Shown in pieces: positions 47,807 to 58,849 of a stretch of DNA of 64,000 bases (positions are counted from its first letter, which is position 1; every line of letters starts with the position of its first letter). This DNA is from an uncultured Candidatus Micrarchaeota archaeon (GTDB lineage: Archaea > Micrarchaeota > Micrarchaeia > Anstonellales > Bilamarchaeaceae): NCBI GenBank assembly GCA_963800555.1, contig CAWDBH010000008.1, positions 48,258-112,257 on the forward strand, given 5' to 3'. The notes beneath the pieces are model-generated. The model had not been told where the DNA came from and did no database searches. It saw only the letters and a program-made list of their open reading frames with translations. The translations under genes and the position numbers were made by a program.

Positions 47807-48838
47807 GGCTCTGTAGAAATGCTTAATTGATAAGTATGCCAATGGGTTTCATCGTCGAGGCTTACCAGGGCCTTGACTCCTCCCAGCGGCGAAATCCATG
47901 CAAAAGAGAACGTCAAAGTTAATTAGAGTAGCGGTTAGGGCCCAGCAGGCAGCCAAGTACGTGCTGCCTGAATATGGAAACAAATTCTCAAGAAAAGACT
48001 TCACTCAGCATCAGCTCCTAGCGATAGCTGTCCTGAAACAGAAGACTGACGAGGATTACAGGGATACTGTTGACGGCATTGGCAGCGACTTGATGCAAGC
48101 GATGGGTCTCACGAAGATACCTCATTTCACTACCCTCCAGAAGTTCATCAAGAGGCTGGACTCACAGGTATTGGATACCCTTATCGCAGTGGTCGCAATC
48201 CTCATCATAGGGGATCAATTGATCAGGGGAGCCGTCGTAGGGATAGACTCTTCAGGATATCCTGCTTCGCATGCCAGCAGCTACTTCGTGAGGAGGATAA
48301 AACGCAAGCCTACGCATAAGACGTTCCTCAAAGGTTCATTCGTTGGGGACCTGACAAATCAGGTCATCGTCTGCTGCAGGCTAAGGAATTTCCCGTCTCA
48401 TGATATCATTGATTTCAGGAGGCTGATGAAACGCGCCCTGATACTCTTGAAGAAGATTTCAGAGGTTCATGCTGACAAGGGGTACGATGGCAAGGATGAG
48501 ATCCTTCTCGTGGAGAAGCTTCTGAAGGCCGTGCCGTACATCAAGATCAAGGAAACCGACAGGCACAAATGCAAAAGCCAGATAAGGCGCAGGGTTTTGA
48601 ACAACTGGAATCGGCTCACCTTCGCTTTGAGGGGGCGGCAGCGCAACCTCATAGAAACAATCAACTCCGTTGTAAAGAGGGTCTTCGGAGACGCCCTCTA
48701 TAGCAAGGGCATCTGGATGCGGCGCAAGGAATTGAAGCTGAAGTACTTTGCCTACAACATTTACCGGTCAGTCCAGCTAGAGGAGATTTTTTGTTGCCTC
48801 GTCTTAAGCTGGACTTAAGAGAGGGTTTCTACAGAGCC
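47807..48838 (+). mobile_element. IS element copy 1 (1032 bp, IS5/IS4-like DDE), 13-bp TIR, 8-bp TSD CTAAAATT
   Basis: GGCTCTGTAGAAA...TTTCTACAGAGCC; CTAAAATT at 47799-47806 and 48839-48846. Confidence 0.95.
47898..48818 (+). CDS. DDE transposase
   Basis: PHFTTLQKF, GIDSSG, ADKGYD and RNLIETINSVVKR motifs. Confidence 0.95.
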   Translation: MQKRTSKLIRVAVRAQQAAKYVLPEYGNKFSRKDFTQHQLLAIAVLKQKTDEDYRDTVDGIGSDLMQAMGLTKIPHFTTLQKFIKRLDSQVLDTLIAVVAILIIGDQLIRGAVVGIDSSGYPASHASSYFVRRIKRKPTHKTFLKGSFVGDLTNQVIVCCRLRNFPSHDIIDFRRLMKRALILLKKISEVHADKGYDGKDEILLVEKLLKAVPYIKIKETDRHKCKSQIRRRVLNNWNRLTFALRGRQRNLIETINSVVKRVFGDALYSKGIWMRRKELKLKYFAYNIYRSVQLEEIFCCLVLSWT

Positions 48839-49941
48839 CTAAAATTGCTAAAAAACGGGGGGTACTTCGGTTTCATCATTCCAAATTCTATCCTTTACAA
48901 CGAATCATACAGTAAGATACGAGACAGACTTTTGCAATCAACTTCATTGAAAAAAATTGTGCGGCTACCGGATAATGTATTCAAAGATGCAAAAGTAGAA
49001 ACGATAATTTTAATCTTCCAAAAAGGCAACCCGCATAAAAATATCTGCGAAGTGCTAATATATGATAGACTTGCAAATATCAACTCCATAACTATCGAAA
49101 CTTGCAAACAACATGTTTTATTTAATCAAGATACCTGGAACGAGGGGCAGAAAACGATAAACATCACCCTCAATAAGTCGTTTAGTGAGTTATTGAAGAA
49201 AATCGAAATGACTACTGTTCCTCTCGTTGAACTATGCGACTTTTCTCTTGGTCTTACCCCTTATGATAAATACAAAGGACACACACAAAAACAAATAGAA
49301 GAGCGTGTGTTTCACTCTTCAACGAAAAAGAACGAAACTTTCAAACCGCTCTTATCTGGGGAGAATATAGTGAGGTATGGCATTTTTTGGGATAAGAAAG
49401 AGTACATTAGCTACGGTAGTTGGCTAGGTGCAGCTAGAGAAAAAAGATTTTTCACCGAACCTCGGATTGTAGTTAGGCAGATTATTAGTGGCAAGCCACT
49501 GAGGATCTACGCGGGGTATAGCGAGGATGAATTGTACAATGCACAAATCGGCTTTAATCTATTGCCAAAAGACAAAGCACAGATCCAGATTAAGTATGTG
49601 CTGGCAATTTTAATTTCGAAGTTAATGACTTTTTACCACCGAGAGAGGTATTTAGACCCATCAAAAAATCTTTTCCAGAAAATATTAATAGCAAACGCTA
49701 AGAGATTCCCTATAAAACTCGCACCTTCTAGCGAACAGCAAAAAGTTGTAAATTTAGTCGATAAACTACTCGCTTTGAAGAAACGATTATTTGATCTAGG
49801 CGATAAACAAACCGAAGAATCAGCCAAACTTGAAAAGGAGATTGCCGAACTCGACCGCAAGATTGACGAGCTGGTTTTTGATCTTTACGGTCTAACAGCG
49901 GAAGAACGGAAAATCGTTGAAAAAGCGATGAAGTAGAAGTC

Positions 49942-50274
49942 TTAATGAACTAACAAGATAATGGCAGCAACGACAATTGAGCAGTATGCCCAACTGAGCC
50001 AATAATAAATCTGGGGGAGACTGTTACCAATCGCATATGCAGCGATACCGACCACCCCCATAATTAGTCCGATATTTGAATACCAGACTAAGAGGTCGCT
50101 CGGGTTCGATAACGATATCACAAATAGATTTATCGCCAGCGTATTACAAAATGTCGAGGTTCGCCCCACGAACTGCTTTTCTACAAGATAGCCTACGATA
50201 AACAGGGATAAGGCGGGTAACAATCTTAGAAGCGTGTCTGGCAAAATATTTATCCAAAGTGAAGACATACTCAT
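49942..50274 (-). CDS. Small membrane protein
   Basis: Three to four hydrophobic segments; last gene of a 3-gene run. Confidence 0.65.
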   Translation of the reverse strand: MSMSSLWINILPDTLLRLLPALSLFIVGYLVEKQFVGRTSTFCNTLAINLFVISLSNPSDLLVWYSNIGLIMGVVGIAAYAIGNSLPQIYYWLSWAYCSIVVAAIILLVH

Positions 50275-50278
50275 CCCT

Positions 50279-50635
50279 TCAAGCTATCGGTAGTCCCTTC
50301 GGTGTCAGTGCATCTGCAAGCAAGTGGCTGAGATAAGCTGCTGCAAGCGAAGCGGCTGCCGCTTTTTGCTCCGCTGAGGTTGTGCTCTGCCCCCACGTCT
50401 CTTTGGCCATATGGGTAACAATCCCGGCTGCGGTCAAGCTGTGCGCGAATGACCGGTGGTTAGGTCCATAAGCTGGCTCGATAATGTCTGGGAGTACCGC
50501 TACTCCAGCCCCCATGACGCCCCATCCCACTGCATTCCCCAAGTCAACCGTTTCACCCTGCGCTCGCTTAGCGGCAACATATGTTCCAAAACCAAACAGA
50601 GCTCCGAGAAGGAGATGTTCATTGCAATTTGACAT
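50279..50635 (-). CDS. YdjM/DUF457-like membrane-bound metal-dependent hydrolase
   Basis: LPDIIE, HRSFAHS and SHLLADALTPKG motifs. Confidence 0.88.
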   Translation of the reverse strand: MSNCNEHLLLGALFGFGTYVAAKRAQGETVDLGNAVGWGVMGAGVAVLPDIIEPAYGPNHRSFAHSLTAAGIVTHMAKETWGQSTTSAEQKAAAASLAAAYLSHLLADALTPKGLPIA

Positions 50636-50640
50636 CCGTC

Positions 50641-50946
50641 TCACCTCTTCTTCCTGCTCCAATTGCCAAGGAACTGCCATCTTTGCTGGCCCTCGCTTCT
50701 ATGGACGGAAACTGCAACTCCGCCCCTTTCCTTTGCCAAGGCCCGGAGATCCCTACGTCCATCGCTATCCAGGCGAGCCCCACCGCTCTTGACTTGGACA
50801 TAATACTTCACACCATCTTTCTTTGCATATATGTCCGCAGGTCCACGGCTTCCAGCGCTCAAACGGATATTCTCGTATCCCTTATCCGCAAGATCACGCG
50901 CCACTTTTCCTTCCGCGATTCTTCCAGAACGATATCGGTTTATCAT
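50641..50946 (-). CDS. Hjc-like small PD-(D/E)XK nuclease
   Basis: GRIAE...L...GY...SAGSRGPADIYA...VQVKS. Confidence 0.8.
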   Translation of the reverse strand: MINRYRSGRIAEGKVARDLADKGYENIRLSAGSRGPADIYAKKDGVKYYVQVKSGGARLDSDGRRDLRALAKERGGVAVSVHRSEGQQRWQFLGNWSRKKR

Positions 50947-51040
50947 TCCACCATCCCGTTGCTTATGGCAACTTTGCAATTTACTTTGTTTTAAATGTTA
51001 TGTGGAAAGTTATTTAAAGCTGCTCTTTGGATAACTACTC

Positions 51041-51346
51041 ATGGATATTCGTGAGCTGGTTCGGGACGCCCAGGCTCTCAATTCCAAATTGATATCCGTT
51101 CCACGGCTTCTCATCCTTTTCTCATTAGAAGGTCTTGGACGTGATGGGGCTGCCTATAGGGAATTGAAAGCAGGGTTGGAGATGGATGATGGGTTGCTGT
51201 ATTCAAACGTGGATGCCCTCAAGGAGATGGGGTATGTCAAAGAAAAGGACATTAGATTGGAGAACAAAGAGATGACGTCGTATTATATTACCGAGGAAGG
51301 GAAGGAAGCCCTTAGCAGTGCCAGAGCATGGTTGAAGAAAATCTGA
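51041..51346 (+). CDS. Winged-helix transcriptional regulator
   Basis: PRLLIL...YRELK...DGLLYSNVDALKEMGYV...YYITEEG. Confidence 0.85.
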   Translation: MDIRELVRDAQALNSKLISVPRLLILFSLEGLGRDGAAYRELKAGLEMDDGLLYSNVDALKEMGYVKEKDIRLENKEMTSYYITEEGKEALSSARAWLKKI

Positions 51347-51891
51347 TGGACGGTGGCAACATGGGGGAGCTGAGAAAAGTTATTGCTTGTATACGAGAGT
51401 TGGACAAAAAAATGAAGGTTGACAATTTTCAGGATAAACTAGTGATCCAGAAGACGGTTTGTCTTCTTGAATTGCTTGGTTTCGATATGAAATACGGATT
51501 TTCTATGTATGTCCGGGGACCGTATTCTCCGGCATTAACAGAGGATTTATATCAAAATAAAGAAGCAGTCGAGAACCTCAGGACCGATTATGTGCCTAGT
51601 GGCAAAGAGAAATCTATGATTTCCGTGATAGGCGAAGCCAGCAATCATTTTGAGCCTTCGATGCTGGAAATCATGGCAACATATGCCTTCCTCATAAAAA
51701 GGAGCTCTTATGGAGGGAAAGAAGCCATCACAGAATTGAAAAGAATTAAACCATTCTATTCCGAAACCAAGATTGCGGTGGGTGTTTCAAGGGCGAAGCA
51801 GCTTTTCCCGGCAACTGAAAAAGAGGTTCGGGATATGAAAGCTGAATTCAAGGAGATCGAAGCAGCATCGACATCTGATAACAAATATTGA
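51346..51891 (+). CDS. YwgA/SocA(Panacea)-like putative antitoxin
   Basis: IQKTVCLL...YGFSMYVRGPYSPAL...LEIMAT. Confidence 0.65.
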   Translation: MDGGNMGELRKVIACIRELDKKMKVDNFQDKLVIQKTVCLLELLGFDMKYGFSMYVRGPYSPALTEDLYQNKEAVENLRTDYVPSGKEKSMISVIGEASNHFEPSMLEIMATYAFLIKRSSYGGKEAITELKRIKPFYSETKIAVGVSRAKQLFPATEKEVRDMKAEFKEIEAASTSDNKY

Positions 51892-51901
51892 TAGTGGAAA
51901 A

Positions 51902-52240
51902 ATGGCGGGCCATGTTAAAGCAGAGATTTGGCAGGCAGACTTCAGCGGCTCCAGAGGGCATGAACAGAAGAAAGAGCGTCCATGCATTATTTGGAGGGAT
52001 TTGGATCATCTTGGAATGGCCGTGGTTATACCGCTAACTGGTTCTCTTGAAAGGGACAATCTGCCCCATACCCTTCGTATTGACCCATCCACCAAGAACG
52101 GACTGGAAAAGGAAAGCATTATCCTTGTTTTTCAGATAACCGCGATAGACAAGTGCAGATTGTTAAAGAAAGTGGGGGTACTGGACGACGGAGAAATTGA
52201 AACTGTGGCTGCCCTCTTGAAAGACCTTTTACGGATTTAG
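51902..52240 (+). CDS. PemK/MazF-family toxin
   Basis: GHEQKKERPC, VIPLTG, NGLEKES and QITAIDKCRL motifs. Confidence 0.9.
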   Translation: MAGHVKAEIWQADFSGSRGHEQKKERPCIIWRDLDHLGMAVVIPLTGSLERDNLPHTLRIDPSTKNGLEKESIILVFQITAIDKCRLLKKVGVLDDGEIETVAALLKDLLRI

Positions 52241-52654
52241 TCAATCGTCAAACTTCCTTCAGGTCAAACCTTAAATAGCTCATATCCCAGAAATGCCTTC
52301 AGTGGAAGGCTAACTCGGTCTTCGTGCAAGGTGCGTCCTCAGATAAAACTAGAAAGCCCCCGGAGGGGTGCCGGGCCAAAGATTGTTTCCTTACACAACC
52401 ATATGACATCAAGCATGTCTAATCAATATATTGCAGGGAAAATTTTTATGCGTTTTGGAAACTTTCTTCACTATCCATACATGAAGGTGCTGAAGACTAG
52501 CAAATACGTCTTTGTCCTGGAATTTAAGGATTTTATCGGAAGACCCGTTCTATCGTGAGACATTTACCAGCATTTAAAAGAACTGAAGTGGAATGCGAAC
52601 GTAGACGGGAAACTGCCGGTTGGGAGACTGGCACTGCCATAAAGGTTTTGGAGT

Positions 52655-54031
52655 ATGAACCGGGAAGAACTGCTAGACCTAATAAAGACGGGCGAAGGTT
52701 ACTGCCTTGACTTCAAGGAGCGGCTACCCTTGGATTTAGGCAAGGACATATGCGCGTTCATCAATGGTTCTGGAGGCAAGATAATCCTCGGAGTGCGCGA
52801 TGATGGTTCACCGTCAGGCTATATCCTGGACAATACGGATGAGGCAAGGATAAATTCGATGGCGAGAAATCTTGATCCTTCGGTCAGGGTGACGGTTGAG
52901 AGGGTGGGCGAATTCGCAGTTATCCACATACCCGAAGGTGAAAACAAGCCGCATTCATTGTCCGGGCGGTTCTACCTGCGGATCGGTTCCACTTCCCAGC
53001 AGCTTGAGCGTGACGAGATACGGGATTTTTTCCAAAAGGAGCGGCTCGTGCGCTTCGATGAGAAACCGAACATGGAATTCGATTTCGAGCATGATTTTTA
53101 CAAGCTGAAATTCGACGATTACCTCAGAAGAGCGAAATTGACGCCGCTTCAGGATCAAAGGGATACGCTCGTGAACCTCAATCTCCTGGACAGCGGATAT
53201 ATGAGGAACGCAGGGGTGCTCTTCTTCACCCAGAGGATAACCAAATTCTTTATGAGTGCCACTGTGGTTTGTGTGCTTTACCAAGGTACTGACAAGCACC
53301 AGATACTTGACAGAAAAGAGTTCAACGCAGATCTCCTCTCCAATTTCGAGAATGCGTTCGTTTATACTTGCTCCAAGCTCAACACGAATTTCATTATAAA
53401 GGCAGAACGCACCAATCGACTTGAGCTTCCGGAAGAAGCGCTGCGAGAGGCGCTTATCAATGCCATCGTTCACCGCGACTATTTTTCTACCGGACAAGTC
53501 CAGGTCGATATTTACCTTGACAGGGTGGATATTTCAAACCCCGGAGGACTCGTTTCTGGGCTTGAGAAGAAAGACTTAGGAAAAAGAAGTATGCCCCGTA
53601 ATCCCTTGCTGATGGACCTCCTGCTTCGCATCGACAAAGTGGAAAAAGTAGGCTCCGGCATAAGGCGGATACGAAAGGCTATGGAAGAATACGGGCTTAA
53701 GGCGAAATTCGACATAAGTCAAGGTTTCTTTTCGGTTGTTTTCCCAAGAACCCCCCAAGGCGCTTATCAGGGTATCCCCCAAAATGCCCCCGGAAGTACC
53801 CCCCCAGTGACCCCCCTAGTTACCCCCCCAGTTGGACTTACCCCCCTAGAGCAAAAAATATACGATGAGATAAAAAACGATCCGAAAGCATCCAGCAAAA
53901 TACTTTCAACCCGACTTTCAATCAGCAAGGACACGGTCAAAGAGTACCTGGAAAAACTCAAGGCTAAAGGTGTCATCCGCAGGGTCGGCAGGACAAGCAG
54001 TGGGCACTGGGAGATCATTAAAAGAGAGTGA
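52655..54031 (+). CDS. Schlafen/AlbA_2 + HATPase_c_4 + HTH protein
   Basis: GEGYCLDFKE, CAFINGSGG, REALINAIVHRDY, ISNPGG and EKVGSGI motifs; TPPV repeats before the HTH. Confidence 0.9.
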   Translation: MNREELLDLIKTGEGYCLDFKERLPLDLGKDICAFINGSGGKIILGVRDDGSPSGYILDNTDEARINSMARNLDPSVRVTVERVGEFAVIHIPEGENKPHSLSGRFYLRIGSTSQQLERDEIRDFFQKERLVRFDEKPNMEFDFEHDFYKLKFDDYLRRAKLTPLQDQRDTLVNLNLLDSGYMRNAGVLFFTQRITKFFMSATVVCVLYQGTDKHQILDRKEFNADLLSNFENAFVYTCSKLNTNFIIKAERTNRLELPEEALREALINAIVHRDYFSTGQVQVDIYLDRVDISNPGGLVSGLEKKDLGKRSMPRNPLLMDLLLRIDKVEKVGSGIRRIRKAMEEYGLKAKFDISQGFFSVVFPRTPQGAYQGIPQNAPGSTPPVTPLVTPPVGLTPLEQKIYDEIKNDPKASSKILSTRLSISKDTVKEYLEKLKAKGVIRRVGRTSSGHWEIIKRE

Positions 54032-54111
54032 TGAAGTTGATGGTAAGTCTGAGATGATGCGGGGGATGTGTTAGCAGGTGAAACAAAGAATCGCCAAAGC
54101 GGGAAGCCTAA

Positions 54112-56028
54112 ATGAGGGGGTTGAATATGATAACATACAAAACAGAGCCATATGAAGAACAGACACATATGAAACACAAAGTATTTCAGGAGTATTTTGA
54201 CAACTGGGTTAAGATACTTGGGAGTGCAAATAACCTAAATTATATAGATGGTTTCTCTGGTGCTGGGGCATATAAAGATACCAAGACCGGCAAGGTATTT
54301 TTTGGTTCGCCAGTTCTTGCAGCGCAAACTATACAAGCGAATAAAAAGGAGAAAACAACAACTCTCGTGTTCATTGATAAAAAACAAGAGAGTCTGAACA
54401 ATGTTAAAAAAATACTAACTGAGAGTGGATTAACGGATTTAACTATTCATTACATAAACGACGATTTTGATAAAACGATTAATTCACTTCTAGCGGAATC
54501 AAAAAATCTAGCCCCAACATTCGTTTTTATAGATCCATTTGGATACAAGATAAACTATCAAACTTTAAAACGAATAATGAGTATAAACAAATCAGAAATT
54601 TTGCTCAATTTTATGTTCAATTCCGTCAGTAGATTCATGAGTGATAAAAAGTTGGATAAGACAATTACAGAACTTTTCGGAACAGATGAATGGAAAGAAA
54701 TAGTCAAACTCGAAGGGATACCTAGAGAGGAAGGAATACGCAAATTATATCGCCAACAACTTAAGAAGATTTCTAAGTTCGTAATGCCATACCGGTTAGA
54801 GTTTCCAGACAAAAAACGCACTTATTACTACATATTTCATCTAACCAACCACGTCAAGGGCTGTAGTATAATGAAGTCGAGTTTTGCCAAATATGCTCAT
54901 GGAAGGACCGAATGGCTGGGAACAGATGCAGATCAGATAAAGTTAACCGAGATTGATGGGATAAAAGATGAATCGCTCGAAAATTATTTCATAACGAAAT
55001 ATAGTGGAAAGAGACCATCATTCGCGAAGATAATTGAAGAGAACATTGATGAAACTGATTATCTTGAAAGCGATATGACCAAAGCAATTCGAAAACTAGA
55101 GGATAGTAACCGAGTATACATAGAACGATTTCCAAAACTTACTGAAAAAAGAAAACAAATGCGCGAAAGCTTAGAAAAAAATGATATTATACATTTCAAT
55201 GTTTTTCCGAGCATAGAAAGAAAGACACTTTTATACAAGACTAAAGTCGAATATGGTAACTATACTATAAATCATGTTTTGGGTTGTGCGCATGGATGTG
55301 CGTATCCCTGTTATGCAATGATGATGGCACAAAGATATGGACGCGTAAAGAATTACGATGACTGGATCCACCCGCGCCTTGTATCCAATAGCCTTGAAAT
55401 TTTGGACAGAGAAATACCAAAATATAAGAACGATATCGACTTTGTTCATCTGTGCTTCACCACCGATCCATTCATGTATGACGCTAAGAACAAGAGAACG
55501 TACAAAGAAATCGAAAAAATGACGTTGAGTATAATAAAAAAATTGAATAACAACGGAATCAAGTGTACAGTGCTTACAAAAGGTCTTTACCCCAAAGAAT
55601 TAACTAAAGATGAATTCTTGAGGGATAACGAGTATGGAATAACAATAGTTTCGCTTGATGCCAAGTTCAGAAAAGAATTTGAGCCATTTTCAGCGCCATT
55701 TGAACAAAGAATTGCCGCGCTTAAACATTTACATGACAACAGATTGAAAACTTGGGTGAGCATTGAACCATATCCAACTCCTAACATAATCAAGCAAGAC
55801 CTAAGCAAGTTGCTTGAAACATTATCGTTCGTCGACAAGATAATTTTCGGAAAAATGAACTATAATGCATCAATAAAAGCATATGAAAACAACGAAGAAT
55901 TCTATAAGAAGTGCAGCCAGACTGTGACGGATTTCTGCACAAAAAAGAGGATAAAGCTCCATATAAAAGAAGGAACACCGACTAACTACTGCAATCAAAC
56001 GGAAGAAATATTTAAGGGTGAAGAATAA
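54112..56028 (+). CDS. TcmP (three-Cys-motif partner) domain fused to an SplB-like radical SAM domain
   Basis: N-terminal QTHMKH, YIDGFSGAG and FVFIDPFG; C-terminal GCAHGCAYPCYA, FTTDPF and WVSIEP. Confidence 0.8.
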   Translation: MRGLNMITYKTEPYEEQTHMKHKVFQEYFDNWVKILGSANNLNYIDGFSGAGAYKDTKTGKVFFGSPVLAAQTIQANKKEKTTTLVFIDKKQESLNNVKKILTESGLTDLTIHYINDDFDKTINSLLAESKNLAPTFVFIDPFGYKINYQTLKRIMSINKSEILLNFMFNSVSRFMSDKKLDKTITELFGTDEWKEIVKLEGIPREEGIRKLYRQQLKKISKFVMPYRLEFPDKKRTYYYIFHLTNHVKGCSIMKSSFAKYAHGRTEWLGTDADQIKLTEIDGIKDESLENYFITKYSGKRPSFAKIIEENIDETDYLESDMTKAIRKLEDSNRVYIERFPKLTEKRKQMRESLEKNDIIHFNVFPSIERKTLLYKTKVEYGNYTINHVLGCAHGCAYPCYAMMMAQRYGRVKNYDDWIHPRLVSNSLEILDREIPKYKNDIDFVHLCFTTDPFMYDAKNKRTYKEIEKMTLSIIKKLNNNGIKCTVLTKGLYPKELTKDEFLRDNEYGITIVSLDAKFRKEFEPFSAPFEQRIAALKHLHDNRLKTWVSIEPYPTPNIIKQDLSKLLETLSFVDKIIFGKMNYNASIKAYENNEEFYKKCSQTVTDFCTKKRIKLHIKEGTPTNYCNQTEEIFKGEE

Positions 56029-57817
56029 CAAAATTGAACTGGTAAATGGCCCTGTTAATATTTGGAATATAATAAAGCAATCCACTGGTGAAACAATGAG
56101 AAAACTGGCTCAAGATACAAAACTCTTCAAACCTAAATTCGATCAAGTCAAATATAATCAATTTTTACAGGTAATATCTGGGATATACTCCCTTCTTTCC
56201 TTAAAACTTAAGGATAACGTATCGCTCTCTTCAGTTCTTGAAAATAAGTCCCCTCTGAAAACAAATCTAAAGCCTGATTTTGTCGGAAAGCCGGAATTCT
56301 TTACACGTGAAAACGTTATTGATCTGCTCTTGAATTGCTTAGGATACACTCTGCAACATCGAGCTGGAGAAAGTGATCTTAAGCAAATCTTTGGTAGCAA
56401 ATATCCAGATTATAAGCTGATAACCAGTCCGACTTTACAGATTTTAGTCGAAGCAGAGCCTCTGAACGAGGACATTTACAGTACACCAAACGCTGGGTTG
56501 AATCAGGTCTATGTTTGGCTTGAATCTAAGCGAAGTAAAACGGATTATGGTATCGCAACTAACGGTTTCGAATGGGTACTTGTACAATATCTTGTTGAAG
56601 CTAACAAAAAAATCGAAATTAAAAAAGTTGATTTAACCCCCTTTTTCTTAAAATTATTTGGAAAGCAAGTGTCTGATTCGACTCTAAAAGAAATCTTTCT
56701 TGATTTTATTTCCTACTTTTCCATCGAAACCTCCGAATCTGCGATAAGTGGATTTGTTAAAATTCAAAATGATAAACGAGAAGAAATCAGTAAGAAGTTT
56801 TATGAGAGGTATCTAGAAGCAATCTTTGGTGTGAATAGAGAGGGTAAAAAAATATACCATCATTCTCTTTTTGATGCTATCCAGAATGTACCGAATAATG
56901 AAGAAAGAAAGATAATCGCTCAGCTTACAGTGAACAGATTAATCTTCATCAAATTTATTGAAAGTAAGGGGTGGATAAACAACAATCCTCGTTTTCTTAA
57001 GGATCTCAAGGAGCAATACGCAAAAAGCCCCACTCCGGCCGGCTTTTTCAAAACCTATCTTGAGCCTCTTTTCTTCTTGGCACTGAATAACCCCAACACA
57101 AAGAAACCACATCCATACGAGAATGTTCGCTACCTTAACGGAGGTCTTTTCAGAAAGGATAGAATAGAAGAAGCAAATGCATCCTATGACATTTCTAACG
57201 ATGAATTACTGCGGATTATAGATTTCCTCGAAGACTATGATTTCAAGATTAAAGGAAGTACTACCCACGAAGGTAAAGAAACACTTGATCCTGAAATCCT
57301 GGGTTATATCTTCGAAAGAACGGCAAATCACGAAGCAGGTGCATATTATACACCAGAACCAGTTACTAGATATATTGCAGATCAAACAATTGAATCACTT
57401 GTCATAGAACGAATCAATGCCTATCTTAGGGAAAAGGGGGAAAAAGAAAAATCTGACTTATATTCAATATTTGGAGAAAATGGGCTGGACATAGATCATT
57501 TAAGAAACCTTTATGAAAAACGTCAGATTCTGAGCATAAAAATTCTTGATCCTGCATGTGGTAGTGGGGCATTTTTCATTCCTGTAATACGAAAATTGAT
57601 GGATACTTCATAAGCGTTTTTATAAAGAAATCAACAGAATTGAACCAAATCAGTACCAGCTCCAGAAAAGAATTGTCGAAGATAATATCTATGGTGTAGA
57701 TATAAACGAAGAAGCAATAGAAATTGCTAAACTGCGTTTGTGGCTTGACCTTCTTGATTCTGTTGAGGCTATCGAAGAAGTTGATGCGTTACCCAATATT
57801 GAATATAACATAATGGC

Positions 57818-58849
57818 GGCTCTGTAGAAATGCTTAATTGATAAGTATGCCAATGGGTTTCATCGTCGAGGCTTACCAGGGCCTTGACTCCTCCCAGCGG
57901 CGAAATCCATGCAAAAGAGAACGTCAAAGTTAATTAGAGTAGCGGTTAGGGCCCAGCAGGCAGCCAAGTACGTGCTGCCTGAATATGGAAACAAATTCTC
58001 AAGAAAAGACTTCACTCAGCATCAGCTCCTAGCGATAGCTGTCCTGAAACAGAAGACTGACGAGGATTACAGGGATACTGTTGACGGCATTGGCAGCGAC
58101 TTGATGCAAGCGATGGGTCTCACGAAGATACCTCATTTCACTACCCTCCAGAAGTTCATCAAGAGGCTGGACTCACAGGTATTGGATACCCTTATCGCAG
58201 TGGTCGCAATCCTCATCATAGGGGATCAATTGATCAGGGGAGCCGTCGTAGGGATAGACTCTTCAGGATATCCTGCTTCGCATGCCAGCAGCTACTTCGT
58301 GAGGAGGATAAAACGCAAGCCTACGCATAAGACGTTCCTCAAAGGTTCATTCGTTGGGGACCTGACAAATCAGGTCATCGTCTGCTGCAGGCTAAGGAAT
58401 TTCCCGTCTCATGATATCATTGATTTCAGGAGGCTGATGAAACGCGCCCTGATACTCTTGAAGAAGATTTCAGAGGTTCATGCTGACAAGGGGTACGATG
58501 GCAAGGATGAGATCCTTCTCGTGGAGAAGCTTCTGAAGGCCGTGCCGTACATCAAGATCAAGGAAACCGACAGGCACAAATGCAAAAGCCAGATAAGGCG
58601 CAGGGTTTTGAACAACTGGAATCGGCTCACCTTCGCTTTGAGGGGGCGGCAGCGCAACCTCATAGAAACAATCAACTCCGTTGTAAAGAGGGTCTTCGGA
58701 GACGCCCTCTATAGCAAGGGCATCTGGATGCGGCGCAAGGAATTGAAGCTGAAGTACTTTGCCTACAACATTTACCGGTCAGTCCAGCTAGAGGAGATTT
58801 TTTGTTGCCTCGTCTTAAGCTGGACTTAAGAGAGGGTTTCTACAGAGCC
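57818..58849 (+). mobile_element. IS element copy 2 (1032 bp), 8-bp TSD ATAATGGC
   Basis: Same TIRs and identical transposase translation as copy 1; ATAATGGC at 57810-57817 and 58850-58857. Confidence 0.95.
57909..58829 (+). CDS. DDE transposase (identical protein to 47898-48818)
   Basis: Identical translation in the ORF track. Confidence 0.95.
   Translation: MQKRTSKLIRVAVRAQQAAKYVLPEYGNKFSRKDFTQHQLLAIAVLKQKTDEDYRDTVDGIGSDLMQAMGLTKIPHFTTLQKFIKRLDSQVLDTLIAVVAILIIGDQLIRGAVVGIDSSGYPASHASSYFVRRIKRKPTHKTFLKGSFVGDLTNQVIVCCRLRNFPSHDIIDFRRLMKRALILLKKISEVHADKGYDGKDEILLVEKLLKAVPYIKIKETDRHKCKSQIRRRVLNNWNRLTFALRGRQRNLIETINSVVKRVFGDALYSKGIWMRRKELKLKYFAYNIYRSVQLEEIFCCLVLSWT

Larger units (their letters stand above)
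46110..49936 (+). pseudogene. Type IIG-like restriction-modification enzyme interrupted by an IS
   Basis: HsdR_N-like nuclease (VDY...LEAK...QAINY), GIYYTP, LDMACGSG, IGNPPY and TaqI_C-like TRD. The frame is restored (GLKL-LKNGG) when the IS and one TSD are removed. Confidence 0.9.

Noticed and set aside
53740..53850. ACCCCCC-rich 12-bp repeats as a CRISPR or phase-variable tract
   Set aside because: They are in-frame TPPV linker repeats typical of AlbA_2/HATPase_c_4-HTH proteins, with no spacers.
57598..57620. GGATACTTCATAAG at the R-M frameshift resembles the hisG shift site
   Set aside because: Here CTT CAT is in the destination frame while the incoming frame reads ACT TCA TAA, so the hungry-His mechanism cannot apply. 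It is treated as coincidence plus an indel in an IS-disrupted gene.
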